From NCBI GenBank assembly GCA_019594305.1, contig JAFDTZ010000002.1:1-41699 (forward strand): a stretch of DNA of 41,699 nt. The letters run 5' to 3'. The notes beneath the pieces were generated by a model, which saw nothing but the letters and a program-made list of their open reading frames with translations, did not search any database and was not told the origin of the DNA. The translations under genes were made by a program, and so were the position numbers. Shown piece after piece: positions 41,134-41,699 of this stretch (the first letter of the stretch is position 1; every line of letters starts with the position of its first letter). The stretch is from Thermoplasmata archaeon. GTDB lineage: Archaea; Thermoplasmatota; Thermoplasmata; Halarchaeoplasmatales; Halarchaeoplasmataceae.

Positions 41134-41478
41134 TAATGAAATAAAAGGGGGGCGTTAGTCCCCTGCACTTTTTCTATTTCAAGCGTAGCAAGAAATGAAA
41201 AAGTGGGAGGAGCGAACGGAGTGAGTTCCGGAAGCATTTTTTTACTTTCCGAATGTATCGAATAAACAATAAACTCGGTCGATGATAGTCCTATGAATAG
41301 TTCCATATCGCATAGAGGGCAGGGAACATTTGCACGGTCATACAAGTGTTAATATAAATATTCGCATAAAATATCGGTAACATTACCGAAACTCTTATAT
41401 ATATATATATCATATTAACCCTTTGTAAATGTGACGAATATAAAACCCGAAGAAAAACGAAAAAGAGAGGATGAGAAA

Positions 41479-41699
41479 TGGACAAAGAAATAGAAACAAA
41501 AATAATTACTCTGATGGCTGCCTTTATGATGATCTTGGTTTCGCTGTCAATCGGAGTGGTAACTGGGCAAGAAAATGACGTGTGTGAAGATATTGTACTT
41601 GTTGAACTGTATGGAATAAGCGAAGAAGTCGTCTTTAACATTTTTGACGATTTAAACGTTGATCTCATAGAGCACTATGATAACGCTGTCTTGGTCGAA
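41479..41699 (+). CDS. 5' part of a secreted protein (signal peptide followed by a possible protease pro-domain); it runs off the right edge
   Basis: The ATG at 41479 is preceded by agaggatga. The translation MDKEIETKIITLMAAFMMILVSLSIGVVTGQENDVCEDIVLVELYGISEEVVFNIFDDLNVDLIEHYDNAVLVE is open to the window end. It is absent from the ORF track, probably because no stop codon is reached. Confidence 0.4.

Noticed and set aside
40767-41158. Three ORFs (40767..40955 minus, 40771..41007 plus, 40892..41158 plus) cover the hairpin array and tRNA-Leu.
   Set aside because: They overlap each other and a bona fide tRNA gene. Their sequences are dictated by the inverted and direct repeats, and they have no start context.
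41396-41410. A (TA)7T microsatellite upstream of the right-edge gene.
   Set aside because: It is most simply an A/T-rich promoter or TATA region ~70 nt upstream of the ATG at 41479. There is no evidence of phase-variable function from a single sequence.
41133-41668. Minus-strand ORFs 41133..41345 (70 aa) and 41291..41668 (125 aa).
   Set aside because: They are low-complexity, Ser/Ile-rich translations of an A/T-rich promoter region. The 125-aa ORF is antisense to a plus-strand ORF with a clear signal peptide.

Overview
This is a dense archaeal chromosomal segment made mostly of core genes. All calls come from reading the sequence and recognising motifs by eye; no database search was run.

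The lineage looks euryarchaeal and Thermoplasmata-like. Evidence is an unsplit 1206-aa rpoB, FtsZ, archaeal-type AlaRS and many TATA boxes about 25 nt upstream of start codons.

Left to right the window holds:
- a 5'-truncated surface beta-helix protein
- SRAP peptidase, a Cys-rich DUF3795-like protein and a PIN-ATPase-KH protein
- an MFS permease that lacks TM3-5
- NAD salvage genes pncB and pncA
- an MBL-rhodanese fusion
- an msrA-HAD-msrB cluster
- a PiT-family permease with an unknown partner, a flavodoxin-like protein and an Eis-like GNAT
- alaS, then the ftsZ-secE-spt5-rpl11 cluster
- a GINS / zinc-ribbon / OB-fold replication trio
- gdhA
- a NuoE-NuoF-(2Fe2S+GltD+NuoG-like) three-gene redox module
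- a RaSEA-like radical SAM gene
- the rpoH-rpoB-rpoA'-rpoA''-rpl30e-nusA operon on the minus strand
- tRNA-Lys, a clostripain-like extracellular peptidase and tRNA-Leu
- the start of another secreted protein at the right edge

No CRISPR array, mobile element or recognisable defence system is present.

The observations most worth follow-up are:
1. tRNA-Lys(UUU) is split by two non-canonical introns, one in the D-loop and one in the T-loop.
2. A hairpin-rich array upstream of tRNA-Leu reiterates the tRNA 5' end.
3. Core transcription proteins carry extra modules: an Ig-like N-terminal domain on Spt5, a Rad51-N-like HhH domain plus poly-Lys linker on RpoA'', and a Cys4 ribbon inside RpoB.
4. The NuoEF-based module carries a GltD insert and may be an Nfn/Bfu-type electron-bifurcating enzyme.
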